From: an uncultured Bacilli bacterium
GTDB lineage: Bacteria; Bacillota_I; Bacilli_A; RF39; UBA660
Direction: 5' to 3'
NCBI GenBank assembly: GCA_947598395.1
Contig: CANQFG010000002.1
Coordinates: forward strand, 7,813 to 71,812
DNA length: 64,000 bases
The notes beneath the pieces are model-generated. The model had not been told where the DNA came from and ran no database searches. It saw only the letters and a list, made by a program, of their open reading frames with translations. Position 1 is the first letter of the stretch. Each line of letters opens with the position of its first letter. Shown here in pieces: positions 53,251-63,594 of the stretch. Made by a program: the position numbers and the translations under genes.

Positions 53251-55170
53251 CTATTTTTCAAATAAAATATATGTTATTTTCTTGGATAAATGACTATTTA
53301 CAGGATATTTATAATGATTGGGACTATTGCTATAGCCGATATGGGGCGAAATGATGATCATACTATATTCGGGATTGTCATAGGGAGCATACATGATGAA
53401 GGATTTCGTGGTCGTTTGTATGTCGTTAAAATAGGTCTCACTCGTTCCCGTCTTACCGGCTGGTTTATACTTCTTGGGGACATAGCCGGCTCCGGTTCCC
53501 GAATTCGATACCTTGATAAAACCTTGTTGGATGCGACTTAAGTATTTTTTATCGATATCGATGGTATTTAGGACTTCCTTTTTATTGATTTCTTCCCTTT
53601 CGCCACTTTCCGTGATGCGATATTTGGCGAGGCGCATCTTATACCGCGTTCCCCCATTGGCGAGCGTACTGATATATTGGCTCAACATTAGAGGGGTATA
53701 GGTATCATATTGACCGATACTCAAATTGAGAAGGAGATCGCCCGTAATCGTCTTCCCCGTTATGCCCAGCTGTTCTTCGGCAATATCGATCTCTGTCTTC
53801 GTACCGAGGCCATAAGATTTGAAGATATCGCGATATTTATTAAAGTCGACGAGCGTTGGCTTAAAGTTCATATTATAGGTATACTTTTGACCGCTCACTT
53901 TGATGGCACTCATAAATTGCCAATAATTGCTCGAATAAGCGAGGGCATCGATATCATTTAACGAACCCAAGCGCTTCCACGAACATTTTTCATTCTGCGA
54001 ATATAATTTAATACAGCCGTCGACGAGGCGCGTTTTTTCATCGATGGCCCCATATTTATAGGCCACTGTCTGACTGGCACCCTTGACGACACTTCCCACC
54101 GTATAGGAATTGGCCAGGAGCCCAACGACATCACTTGCAAAGGTGGATCCATCGTATTTTAAGGCAACTAAAGCGATGATGTCGCCATTTTGGGGATTGG
54201 CAATGACGATATAGGAACCCGTATAATATTTGCTACTGGGATATTTTTTGGCGGCCAATATCTCTTCCTTTAGGGCACTTTCGATAGCCAACTGGGTATC
54301 GATATCGATAGCTAAGATGATATCACTACCCCGCTTCTCTTCGCTAATCTTTTCCAAAGTATAGTTATCGCGGACTTTATACCGTGCTTTTTCCCCACGT
54401 AGGGTTTCCTCATAATATTTTTCTAAAAAGGAAACGCCGACGATGTCATCCATCTTATAGCCCTTATTTAAAAACGCTTCGATATCTTCCTTGGCAATCG
54501 GACCGACACTTCCAAATAAGACATTTAGACACGTATCATAATTGAATTTGCGAACCCAGCGAATATCAAAGCGAATACCCGGTAAATCGAGTTCATTGAT
54601 GCGCGTAAATTCTTCGGCACTGATATTGCTCTTTAAGACCTTATCTTGATAGAGATAGCCCCGGTTCATCTCATTATATAGATAAGCGGCCGTCTTATTG
54701 ATATTAGCTAAGATATCTTCATCGATTAGGGAATATTTATAATCTAAAAATTGATCAGCTCCGATTTGGCGCTTGTGATACTTTTCCAAGATTGTATTAT
54801 CGACTAATTTATCGATTTCGTGCTTATTTAAATCATAATAAAATTTGCGCAAGATCTTACCTCCGACTTCGGCATCGATCGTTATGACTTCGGCCAATTT
54901 GGTAGCAATGTATAACTCATCTTCTTCTTTGATATCGGGTATTTTATTATATACTAAGATCTTGATACCCTGATTATCGACTAAGATATGGCCCTTATCA
55001 TCGATAATGCGCCCTCTAGGAGCCGAATACCCCTCGACTTCGCGATTGGCAAGAGACGCATATTTTTCGGTATAATATTGATGTTTTAAAATCGTAATAT
55101 TATATATGCGATATAGCAAGATCAAGTTTAAAATAATAATGATAATTTTTAAAATATGGCCTTTTTTCAT
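53251..55170 (-). CDS. class B penicillin-binding protein (PBP2-type transpeptidase)
   Basis: N-terminal TM, GSVVKG (SxxK), SSN, KTGT. Start is either ATG 55170 or TTG 55188. Confidence 0.88.
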   Translation of the reverse strand: MKKGHILKIIIIILNLILLYRIYNITILKHQYYTEKYASLANREVEGYSAPRGRIIDDKGHILVDNQGIKILVYNKIPDIKEEDELYIATKLAEVITIDAEVGGKILRKFYYDLNKHEIDKLVDNTILEKYHKRQIGADQFLDYKYSLIDEDILANINKTAAYLYNEMNRGYLYQDKVLKSNISAEEFTRINELDLPGIRFDIRWVRKFNYDTCLNVLFGSVGPIAKEDIEAFLNKGYKMDDIVGVSFLEKYYEETLRGEKARYKVRDNYTLEKISEEKRGSDIILAIDIDTQLAIESALKEEILAAKKYPSSKYYTGSYIVIANPQNGDIIALVALKYDGSTFASDVVGLLANSYTVGSVVKGASQTVAYKYGAIDEKTRLVDGCIKLYSQNEKCSWKRLGSLNDIDALAYSSNYWQFMSAIKVSGQKYTYNMNFKPTLVDFNKYRDIFKSYGLGTKTEIDIAEEQLGITGKTITGDLLLNLSIGQYDTYTPLMLSQYISTLANGGTRYKMRLAKYRITESGEREEINKKEVLNTIDIDKKYLSRIQQGFIKVSNSGTGAGYVPKKYKPAGKTGTSETYFNDIQTTTKSFIMYAPYDNPEYSMIIISPHIGYSNSPNHYKYPVNSHLSKKITYILFEK

Positions 55171-55211
55171 ATTATTAATATTCCCCAAAATACATATAAT
55201 ATAATGGTGAT

Positions 55212-55469
55212 ATGATGTATAATTTAATTGAAGCTTTTGTAAATAAGATGAAACGGGAGGATATCATTAACTTTGCCCATAAGAATAATTTGACGATTAC
55301 GGACCATGAGATCGATTTTGTCTATTCCTTCATCAAGTCGAATTATCAAAGTGTCTTAAAGAATCCCAATTCCTTTGATCTAGCGCTTTATAAGAATGAA
55401 TTTTCGGTCGATAATTATCATTTTCTCGAAAATCTTATCAATAAATATAAAAAAATGGTTATTAGGTAA
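55212..55469 (+). CDS. small conserved hypothetical protein (DUF2624-like, tentative)
   Basis: 85-aa helical protein following GGTGA. Family assignment is from memory only. Confidence 0.4.
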   Translation: MMYNLIEAFVNKMKREDIINFAHKNNLTITDHEIDFVYSFIKSNYQSVLKNPNSFDLALYKNEFSVDNYHFLENLINKYKKMVIR

Positions 55470-55475
55470 CCATTT

Positions 55476-55943
55476 TTATGTGGCCGGAATTGTCACTTCC
55501 TCATCGGGATCAATTTTTGGAGTTTCCTCCCCTTCTTTGATCTCTTCGATTACTAAGTCGCGATTTTCATCTAAATAACCACGGTATCGCGCGACAGCTA
55601 CGGATTTATTGCCGCCTTTAAGTTCGCCCATCATCGAAAAATAACGGTGATAGTTGATTAGAGTTATCTGATTGCCATTGACGCTTACGGATACTTCATC
55701 GGCTTCATAGCCCCGCCTTTGAAAACTATTGATGGCCTTGACTTTTAAATTGCTCATATCTTCGCCTAAGACCAATTCCCTTAAGACGTCTTTGGCGACA
55801 TTTTTAAAAGCCATCTCGTTATAGACGCGCAAGCCAAAATCGATGATAAAAAATAATATTAGCATGCCAATGGGAATTAAGATAAAAAAGATCTTCGGAC
55901 TTTGATACATTTGTCGACTTTCAATATCAGCCATATTCATCAC
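55476..55943 (-). CDS. membrane-anchored hypothetical protein
   Basis: Single N-terminal TM (IFFILIPIGMLILFFIIDF) followed by a ~110-aa soluble domain. Confidence 0.45.
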   Translation of the reverse strand: MMNMADIESRQMYQSPKIFFILIPIGMLILFFIIDFGLRVYNEMAFKNVAKDVLRELVLGEDMSNLKVKAINSFQRRGYEADEVSVSVNGNQITLINYHRYFSMMGELKGGNKSVAVARYRGYLDENRDLVIEEIKEGEETPKIDPDEEVTIPAT

Positions 55944-55959
55944 ACTCTCTATTTAAATT

Positions 55960-57753
55960 TTATAATAAATTGGTCTTATCTTCAATGTTTTTCTTATTAT
56001 ATTCGCTTAAAAAGTCATGGAGTTTTAAGGCGACATTTTCGGGAACGATGGTCTTTAATTCATCTAGGGATGCCTCACTCATCTTTTTGACGGAACCAAA
56101 GTGCTTAATTAACTCCTTTTTGCGGACATTGCCAATACCTTCGATATTATCTAAGACACTCGAGATCGACCCCTTAGAACGGATCGTTCGGTGGTAGTTG
56201 ATCGTATAGCGGTGCACTTCATCTTGGATGCGCGTTAAATAGTGGAACAGATTCGACTGTTTATCGATGGGAATGACTTCGAGGGTATCGCCATCTAATA
56301 ATTCGTTGGTCCGGTGGCGATCATTTTTGACGAGGCCACAGACCTTGATGTTAAGCTTGAGTTCCTCTAAAGTATCCTTGCAAGCCCGGATTTGGCTCTT
56401 TCCCCCATCGACTAATATCAAATCGGGAAGTTCACTTTTTTCGATTAGGGCCCGAAAATACCGGCGATATGTGACCTCTTTCATCGTATGATAATCGTCG
56501 TTCATCTCGACACTTACCTTGTATTTGCGATAGTCGTTCTTGCTCGGCAAGCCATCTTTAAAGACGACCATGCCCGAGACGGAAAAGTTGCCAAAGAGAT
56601 TCGAGTTATCGAAAGAATCGATGCGATGAATCTTCATCTTGAGAATATTTTCGAGCTCTTCATTGGCCCCACTCGTGCGCATGATATCCTTTTGGATCGT
56701 CTCAAATTTATTGTGAAGATTTATCTTGGCATTGGTCTCGGCCATCGTCAAGAGTTTCTTCTTATTGCCCTTGGTAACGGTTATAAACTTCGTCCCTACG
56801 ACTTCGCTTAAGACATCTAAATTGAGGGCCGGATTAGTAACGATTTCATGTGGTATTTCATTGCGACTATAAAATAAGGCAATATAGGATTCGATATCAT
56901 CGAGATAATTATCGAAAACGGGCATGATCGTATTTTTACCACCGACGAGTTTGCCATTGCGGATAAAAAAGATTTCGATGGAGATAAAGCCATTTTCAAA
57001 ATAGAAATTGATGACATCGCGGTTGACGAAATCGTGTAGTTCGACCTTTTGTTTCTCTAGGACGACGCGAATATAATCGAGCTCTTTTTTTAGTTCTAAG
57101 GCCACTTCATAATTCATCTCATTTGCATGACGCTCGATACTTTCCATCAATTTATTCGTAATTATCTCATCATTTCCATTGAGGAAGGAAAGAATTTCTT
57201 TTTCCATCTTATCGATGGCGGCCGGATCGATTTTCTTTTGACAATATCCCAAACATTCATGAATATGGTAATATAGACATACTTCTTTCGGTAAGCCCTC
57301 GCACTTCTTTAAGGGATAGAGCCGATTGATGAGATTGACAATGCGCCTTGCGGCATAGGCATTGACATAGGGACCAAAGAGATTGCGGTCCTTATGCTTT
57401 TTAATATTTAAATATCTGACGACTTTGACGGTTGGATATGGATGCCGCGTATATTCGATATAAGGGTATGACTTATCATCTTTGAGTAATATATTATATT
57501 TGGGATCATATTTCTTAATCAAATTAATTTCGAGGATAAAGGATTCGAGTTCACTATTGGTGACGATATATTCAAAATCGGCAATTTCCGAGACTAATTT
57601 AGCCGTTTTGCCCGTAACTCGTCCCGTAAAATACGAACTAAGGCGATTCTTTAAATCCTTGGCTTTGCCGACATAGATGATGGTGCCATTTTTATCCTTC
57701 ATTTGATAAGATCCCGGTAAGTGTGGAACTAGACGCAATTTTTCCTTAAACAT
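55960..57753 (-). CDS. uvrC: excinuclease ABC subunit C
   Basis: GIY-YIG start PGSYQMKDKNGTIIYVGKAKDLKNRLSSYF, a UvrBC domain, an Endo V-like region, and a C-terminal (HhH)2. The ATG at 57753 follows GGTGG. Confidence 0.95.
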   Translation of the reverse strand: MFKEKLRLVPHLPGSYQMKDKNGTIIYVGKAKDLKNRLSSYFTGRVTGKTAKLVSEIADFEYIVTNSELESFILEINLIKKYDPKYNILLKDDKSYPYIEYTRHPYPTVKVVRYLNIKKHKDRNLFGPYVNAYAARRIVNLINRLYPLKKCEGLPKEVCLYYHIHECLGYCQKKIDPAAIDKMEKEILSFLNGNDEIITNKLMESIERHANEMNYEVALELKKELDYIRVVLEKQKVELHDFVNRDVINFYFENGFISIEIFFIRNGKLVGGKNTIMPVFDNYLDDIESYIALFYSRNEIPHEIVTNPALNLDVLSEVVGTKFITVTKGNKKKLLTMAETNAKINLHNKFETIQKDIMRTSGANEELENILKMKIHRIDSFDNSNLFGNFSVSGMVVFKDGLPSKNDYRKYKVSVEMNDDYHTMKEVTYRRYFRALIEKSELPDLILVDGGKSQIRACKDTLEELKLNIKVCGLVKNDRHRTNELLDGDTLEVIPIDKQSNLFHYLTRIQDEVHRYTINYHRTIRSKGSISSVLDNIEGIGNVRKKELIKHFGSVKKMSEASLDELKTIVPENVALKLHDFLSEYNKKNIEDKTNLL

Positions 57754-57841
57754 ATTACCACCTATTCGCATTATACTACATTTTATTATAAACCCCAAAT
57801 ATTCTTTTTAAAACGATTATTTTTAATGCTATAATGATACT

Positions 57842-58207
57842 GTGATTATTATGAAACTTTATCGGACAAGTACATATGAACAAAAGAAATCGAAATTTAT
57901 TGCCTATTATTATGATATCGATGATGTAAATGAAGTAGCCGATATCTTGGCAATTTTAAAAGATGAACACAAGAAGGCGCGTCATATACCCTATGCCTAT
58001 AAAGTGGGAACGGCCATAAAAAAATGTGATGATGGCGAACCTAGTGGCACGGCAGGAAATCCCCTCTTAAATGTCATCATGCATAAAAATTTAGATCACA
58101 TCTTAATCGTCGTCGTGCGGTATTTTGGCGGAGTAAAGTTGGGAACTGGTGGCCTAACACGGGCCTATAGCCATGCGGCCAGTGCCCTCTTTCAAGAAGA
58201 GTTATAA
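57842..58207 (+). CDS. IMPACT/YigZ family N-terminal domain protein (short, 121 aa)
   Basis: KKSKFIAYYY..., ARHIPYAYKVG, DDGEPSGTAGNPLL, VVVRYFGGVKLGTGGLTRAY. Lacks the usual C-terminal DUF1949 half. Start is GTG 57842 or ATG 57851. Confidence 0.75.
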   Translation: MIIMKLYRTSTYEQKKSKFIAYYYDIDDVNEVADILAILKDEHKKARHIPYAYKVGTAIKKCDDGEPSGTAGNPLLNVIMHKNLDHILIVVVRYFGGVKLGTGGLTRAYSHAASALFQEEL

Positions 58208-58245
58208 AAAAATTTGGAACTAATATAATTTACTAGGTGATTGAT

Positions 58246-58593
58246 TTGAAAAAATACTTAAAAATTATCTTAGTGCCAACGATATCAATTATAATTATTC
58301 CCCTCTTGTTTTCCATATTTAATCTCTTTTCGATAGCCGTATATCCCCTATTTTATCTGATGGTTACGGTGATAACGATGTTTGTAACGGGTCTTTTAAC
58401 GGGCTTTATATCGAAGGAAAAAGCTTATCAAAAGGGCTTACTAGTTGGCGTTATGACCTCTTTAATCATGTTTATCCTAAGTCTCATCTTAGCTGCCCAT
58501 TTAAGCATATATATGCTCATCTATTATCTCATCTTAATTGCCAGTTCGACCCTTGGAGCAATGATTGGTGTAAACAAAAAGGACGCTAAATAA
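58246..58593 (+). CDS. small 4-TM membrane protein
   Basis: Hydrophobic throughout. The TTG at 58246 lies 5 nt after GGTGA (the tracked GTG 58237 lies inside the RBS). Confidence 0.5.
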   Translation: MKKYLKIILVPTISIIIIPLLFSIFNLFSIAVYPLFYLMVTVITMFVTGLLTGFISKEKAYQKGLLVGVMTSLIMFILSLILAAHLSIYMLIYYLILIASSTLGAMIGVNKKDAK

Positions 58594-59037
58594 CTAGCGT
58601 TCTTTTGAATCGATAATAATCGTGATGGGACCATCATTTTGAATACTAACTTGCATGTCGGCGCCAAAGATACCGGTATATGTCGGAACTATTTGGCTCA
58701 ATTTTTGATTGAAGTCATCGTATAAGACTTTAGCCTCTTCGCCTTTCATGGCCTTAATATAACTGGGCCGATTTCCATGACTAGTCTCGGCTTGAAGCGT
58801 AAACTGACTGATGGAAAGAATTTCGCCTCCGACATCGATGATCGATTTATTCATGATGCCCTTTTCGTCATCGAAGATGCGAAGATTGAGAATTTTTCGC
58901 ACGAGATAGTCGACATCGGCAATGGTATCCTCGCGCATGATGCCGAGGAGAACGACGAGACCGGATTTGATCGAACCCTTGATTTCCCCAGCGACAGAGA
59001 CGCTGGAATTTTTACTTCTTTGAATTACGGCTTTCAT
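58594..59037 (-). CDS. dtd: D-aminoacyl-tRNA deacylase
   Basis: MKAVIQR..., SQFTL, NDGPIT. Position after relA, as in Bacillus. Confidence 0.95.
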   Translation of the reverse strand: MKAVIQRSKNSSVSVAGEIKGSIKSGLVVLLGIMREDTIADVDYLVRKILNLRIFDDEKGIMNKSIIDVGGEILSISQFTLQAETSHGNRPSYIKAMKGEEAKVLYDDFNQKLSQIVPTYTGIFGADMQVSIQNDGPITIIIDSKER

Positions 59038-61194
59038 CTAGTACCTCTTGACATTGGTCACAAACTTTAACGTCTTTAAATCGCCGATAAAGAGATCTAA
59101 GTCATCCTTATTGTGAACCTTGACGATGATATCATAGTAAAGACCATTATTGTGATTCGATTCATTTATGCTATTGACGACGACATTCCGGACCGTCGCC
59201 TTGGTGACGATATCCAATAAGTTGCTCTTGAGGCCATTCGTATAGACTCCGAGTTTAGCAATATATTGTTTATCGATATCATCATTGCGGTTGGGATTCC
59301 AGCTTACTTCGATGAGGCGTTCGTTTAAGTCGTGGATATTCGGACAATCCTTTTTATGGACGGCAATTCCTTGCCCCTTTGTGATATAGCCGATGATCTC
59401 ATCGCCATAGACGGGCTTACAGCAGCTGGCCAAATTGACTAAGATGTCATCACATCCCGAGACGATGATGTCATTTTTATAATTGTTTTTAGCCAAATTG
59501 GGATTGTTGACAATCTTATCCAAGAGGACGTCTTGAACGTCCTTTTTATCTTCAAATAATAGATCGACGATATAGACGGGCGTAAAGCGCGACGAACCGA
59601 TGAGCAAATATATTTCATCGAGGGATCCTACCTTTAAATCTTTGATTAACTTGTTTTGCCGCTCTTCCGTTAGGGCATCGGCAAATGATATCTTTTGGCG
59701 CCGCAGCTCGCGTTCGAGCAAGACTTTTCCCCGTTCGATATATTCTTCGCGATCTTTTTTCGAGAAGAAGGCCTTGATCTTCGTCTTGGCTGCCGTCGTC
59801 TTGACAAAGTTGAGCCAATCCTTATTCGGACTCGAATTGGGGTTAGTCATAACTTTGACGATATCGTTATCTTGTAATTTATAATCGAGGGGCACCATTT
59901 GATCGTTGACGATGGCCCCGACGGTCGTATCTCCGACGCGCGAATGAATGCGATAGGCAAAGTCGATGGGACTGGCATCTTTCGGCAGTTCGACGACATC
60001 GCCTTTTGGCGTGAAGACATAGATCGTTTGACTTAAAAGCTCTAAGGAGACATTGTCGACGAAGAGATCGTCATCGACGACTTCATCTTGATTGGCATCG
60101 ATGATATTGCGAAACATTTGCAATTTTTGTTCCATGACATTTTGAATATGGCGGGAATTTTTTTCCTTATATGACCAATGGGAGGCCACGCCATGTTCGG
60201 CAATCTCGTTCATCTCTTTGGTGCGCACTTGAACTTCGATGGGAAAGCCATTGATGCCGAAGACCCCCGTATGGAGGGATTGATACGAATTGCCCTTGGG
60301 CATCGCGATATAATCCTTAAAACGCTTCGGAATGGGTCGGTAAAGGGAATGAATTAAACCGATAATTAAATAGCATTCGCTCACCTCTTCACAGATGATT
60401 CTGATTCCCAAAATATCGTAGATATCGCTCCATTTTTTGCCATTCGATAATTTGTTGTGCAGGCTCGAGACACTCTTGACGCGGCCCTTAATTTCAAATT
60501 TTATATTATTGGCGCGTAAGAGTTCGCTGACGTCGTCCATCATCGCATTTAAGACGTCATTAAGTTCGGCCCGTGGTGCTGGCAAATCATTTTCTATTTG
60601 CTCATAGATATCCGGCTTTAGAAATTTAAAGCAGACATCTTCGAGTTCGCTTTTCAAGTAATTGATGCCCAAGCGATGGGCGATGGGAATTAAGACATTC
60701 CACGTCTCCAAGGCATTGCGCCGTTGTTTATCGGGGGGCAAGACCTCGTTCGAGCGCATATTGTCGAGTCTTCCGGCGAGCTTTAAGATGATGACGCGCA
60801 CGTCTTCCGATAAGGCGACTAACACTTTGCGCAGATACAGGCTTGCATGTTCGGAGTCATCGAGCAAATGCAGGCGATTGACCTTCGTCAGCGAGGCGAC
60901 GATATTTTTGACATCCGTACCAAATAATTCTTCCAATTCCTCGAGCGATGACGAACCCCTTTCGATCGTCTCATGAACGAGCGCCGATATGACGGTCGTA
61001 GCGTCGCTATTGATCTCGGTGACGATCAAGGCGACATTCAGAGGATGGACGATTAAATCATCCCCATTTTTGCGCTTCATCCCCGCATGTTGTTTACAAG
61101 CATAGGCATAAGCTTCTTTGATCTTGGCTATCTCTTCCTCTTTATAGCCATTCTCTAACGATTTTTCTAAAACTTTATTCCATAATTCATCCAT
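59038..61194 (-). CDS. relA: bifunctional (p)ppGpp synthetase/hydrolase (long RSH)
   Basis: HD domain (HPLNVA...), synthetase block (YRPIPKRFKDYIAMPKGNSYQSLHT, EVQVRT), and TGS and ACT-like C-terminal domains. Confidence 0.97.
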   Translation of the reverse strand: MDELWNKVLEKSLENGYKEEEIAKIKEAYAYACKQHAGMKRKNGDDLIVHPLNVALIVTEINSDATTVISALVHETIERGSSSLEELEELFGTDVKNIVASLTKVNRLHLLDDSEHASLYLRKVLVALSEDVRVIILKLAGRLDNMRSNEVLPPDKQRRNALETWNVLIPIAHRLGINYLKSELEDVCFKFLKPDIYEQIENDLPAPRAELNDVLNAMMDDVSELLRANNIKFEIKGRVKSVSSLHNKLSNGKKWSDIYDILGIRIICEEVSECYLIIGLIHSLYRPIPKRFKDYIAMPKGNSYQSLHTGVFGINGFPIEVQVRTKEMNEIAEHGVASHWSYKEKNSRHIQNVMEQKLQMFRNIIDANQDEVVDDDLFVDNVSLELLSQTIYVFTPKGDVVELPKDASPIDFAYRIHSRVGDTTVGAIVNDQMVPLDYKLQDNDIVKVMTNPNSSPNKDWLNFVKTTAAKTKIKAFFSKKDREEYIERGKVLLERELRRQKISFADALTEERQNKLIKDLKVGSLDEIYLLIGSSRFTPVYIVDLLFEDKKDVQDVLLDKIVNNPNLAKNNYKNDIIVSGCDDILVNLASCCKPVYGDEIIGYITKGQGIAVHKKDCPNIHDLNERLIEVSWNPNRNDDIDKQYIAKLGVYTNGLKSNLLDIVTKATVRNVVVNSINESNHNNGLYYDIIVKVHNKDDLDLFIGDLKTLKFVTNVKRY

Positions 61195-61219
61195 TAATAA
61201 TCTCTACTCTCCTAAGTTG

Positions 61220-61468
61220 TCAACGATATTCTTCTAACTTCTTCAATACATAGTCCTTATAAGCTGTATCATCAGTATTTAAGATGTCATCGACGATTGA
61301 TGCCAAAGTAAGTCCGGTTTTATTCTTCCAATTATTATTTTTATTATAATTCCAAATATCGATCTCTTTAACATAGTTTATTCCCTTGCGAGCTAGTTCA
61401 TGTTTGCGAGTTCTGATGGCTGGCAAGACTTTATTAAATAATTCTTGTTGACTGGTAAATTTTTCCAT
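61220..61468 (-). CDS. comN: post-transcriptional regulator ComN/YrzD-like
   Basis: 82-aa helical protein divergent from spoVB, the same neighbourhood as B. subtilis yrzD. Weak motif similarity (..IW.Y....W......L..IV.DIL). Confidence 0.5.
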   Translation of the reverse strand: MEKFTSQQELFNKVLPAIRTRKHELARKGINYVKEIDIWNYNKNNNWKNKTGLTLASIVDDILNTDDTAYKDYVLKKLEEYR

Positions 61469-61558
61469 AATAAGGAATCTTCCTTCCCCTTTTAATAATT
61501 AGAATTTTTCTTCATATATTATTATATAACATTTTAGTTCGTATTTAAAGGAGAATCC

Positions 61559-62845
61559 ATGAAAAACGTTTTTATTAAGTCAACCTTAATCCTCATGATG
61601 GGAACCCTTATGACCAAGATCTTGGGGTTTTTTATTCGCATAATATTTACGCGCATTATCGGTCCCGATGGCATTAGTTTATATTCGATCATCATGCCAA
61701 CTTATTCCCTTTTAATCGCAGTTACCCAATTGGGGCTTCCCTATGCGATTAGTGCCATTATGGCTCGGGGTCAACGCCGGGGAATTAATATCTTTTCCTC
61801 CATTATTCCCTGTGCCCTTATCTTCGATGTCATCATCATTGCTCTAATATATTTTACGGCGCCCTTTTTAGCCAACGAATTACTTAAGAATCCCGCCAGT
61901 TATTACCCCATTGTGGCCATATGCTTTGTCATTCCATTTACGACTATTTCGGGGATTATCAAGGGCTATTATTTCGGCAAGCAAAATATGTTTCCCAATG
62001 CCATCAGCAACGTCTTCGAGCAACTAGCAAGACTGATAATTTTAGTAACCGTTATTCCCCTTCTTTTGAAAACTTCAACCGTCTTAGCGGTAACGGGTTA
62101 TATCGTCACTTCGGCCATAAGCGAGATCGTTCAAATTGTCGTCTATCTCTTCTTTGCCCCCAAAAATTTCAAGATTCATATCAATGATCTAAAGCCGCAA
62201 AAGGGCATCGTCAAAGAAGTATTTGGCCTTTCCATTCCCAATGTATCGGGTCATATAATTGGCAATATTTCATACTTTTTTGAACCGATAATTCTCACCC
62301 ATGTTCTCTTATTTGCCGGCTATTCGACGGGGTTTATTACGGGCGAATATGGCATCTATAATGCCTACGTCATTCCCATATTGACGATGCCATCGTTTTT
62401 TACGCAGGCCTTGAATACGACTTTGATTCCCGAAGTTTCCAAACATTACAAAGATCGAAAATATGTGCGCAAAAGATATCTGCAAAGTTCGGGGATTTCC
62501 CTCCTCATCGGCCTAATATTTTGCATATTTATCTATTATAATGGCCATGCGATCTTGAAATTGATGTACAATACGAGCGATGGCTTTGATTATTTGATGC
62601 TTTTAACCGTCTTCTTTCCCCTATTCTATCTTGAAGGACCATTAGTTGCCGTTCTCCATGGTTTAAATCAAGCCAAATATACGATGCAAACGACGTTGAT
62701 TGCCTGTATTTTAAAATTGCTCGTCATGACTATCTTGAGCCTATTCAGCATTGGCATATATGGCCTCGTCATATCCGAAATCGTCGATATATTTACGGTA
62801 ATCTATTTAAATATGGCCCGCCTTCATAAGTTAAAATACATATAA
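61559..62845 (+). CDS. spoVB: MOP-superfamily flippase, SpoVB/MurJ-like
   Basis: 12+ TM. N-terminal GTLMTKILGFFIRIIFTRIIG and overall polysaccharide-biosynthesis-protein pattern. Synteny with comN. Confidence 0.7.
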   Translation: MKNVFIKSTLILMMGTLMTKILGFFIRIIFTRIIGPDGISLYSIIMPTYSLLIAVTQLGLPYAISAIMARGQRRGINIFSSIIPCALIFDVIIIALIYFTAPFLANELLKNPASYYPIVAICFVIPFTTISGIIKGYYFGKQNMFPNAISNVFEQLARLIILVTVIPLLLKTSTVLAVTGYIVTSAISEIVQIVVYLFFAPKNFKIHINDLKPQKGIVKEVFGLSIPNVSGHIIGNISYFFEPIILTHVLLFAGYSTGFITGEYGIYNAYVIPILTMPSFFTQALNTTLIPEVSKHYKDRKYVRKRYLQSSGISLLIGLIFCIFIYYNGHAILKLMYNTSDGFDYLMLLTVFFPLFYLEGPLVAVLHGLNQAKYTMQTTLIACILKLLVMTILSLFSIGIYGLVISEIVDIFTVIYLNMARLHKLKYI

Positions 62846-62859
62846 AAAAAGGTAAAGTT

Positions 62860-63468
62860 TTACCTTCGCCAATTTTTTTTAATATTAGGATCATCCAAGA
62901 TCTCCTGAGCTCGTATCATCATCTTCATATAGGGTTCATCGCCGGCATAGATGGTTCTCATCTTCTCGATATCGCGCGTCGTTAAGAAGGTAATCATCTT
63001 TTTAATGGCTGGATCTTCATCGAACTCATCTTTTAAGACATTTTCAATTTCGACATGAATAGCTTCATAGGAGTCATCTTCCAATATTCCCTCTTCGTTG
63101 CGCGATTGCATATGCATGACATAATCATCGATATAGTAGTATTTGACCTTATCGATATAGATTTCAAAGAGTTTTGGAACTTCGTCGACATGCCCCAATT
63201 TAAAATAGAGGATTTGTATGACATTGTGATCCAATAGGGAAATATAGGCGGCCGGACCATCCTTCTTATTTTCAAAGTCCTCGATGAGTCCCGTCTTTAT
63301 ATCCGCTTTCCGCAGTAAAGATTCCTCGATATGCGTCAGGCGATTTATAAAGCGCGCGAGAGCATCCCGAGCTAGTGGACTTTTAAAGAGTTCCTTAAAA
63401 GCCACATTTTCTAATAAATCGATTTGTCCCCTTTTGGGTTTCATGATAACTAAATCTGTTGCAAACAT
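62860..63468 (-). CDS. degenerate Rpn/PDDEXK_2-family paralog
   Basis: C-terminal half aligns with the 1246..2097 product (HV/IVIENVLKDE/D, IKKMITFLTT). The nuclease block is replaced (YISLLDHNVIQILYFKLG versus ISDVIISLENDILIVVEMNQ). The ATG at 63468 follows AAGGGAGGAG. Confidence 0.5.
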   Translation of the reverse strand: MFATDLVIMKPKRGQIDLLENVAFKELFKSPLARDALARFINRLTHIEESLLRKADIKTGLIEDFENKKDGPAAYISLLDHNVIQILYFKLGHVDEVPKLFEIYIDKVKYYYIDDYVMHMQSRNEEGILEDDSYEAIHVEIENVLKDEFDEDPAIKKMITFLTTRDIEKMRTIYAGDEPYMKMMIRAQEILDDPNIKKNWRR

Positions 63469-63571
63469 AAATATTCTCCTCCCTTGTGCAACGTACTGCA
63501 TATTTTTCTTCACTCGCGCCTTACCTTAGCACTTCATAAGCGCGAATTTTGTCACATTTGGGGGAATGCTT

Positions 63572-63592
63572 AAAAAAAACACCATATGGTGT
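63572..63592 (-). terminator. rho-independent terminator of tig
   Basis: ACACCATATGGTGT palindrome followed (on the minus strand) by T8. Confidence 0.7.
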
Positions 63593-63594
63593 CT

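Noticed and set aside
1246-63468. The two Rpn-family genes as ends of a composite transposon or genomic island.
   Set aside because: About 60 kb of core housekeeping genes with Bacillus-like synteny, plus the dif site, lie between them. No matching terminal repeats were seen.
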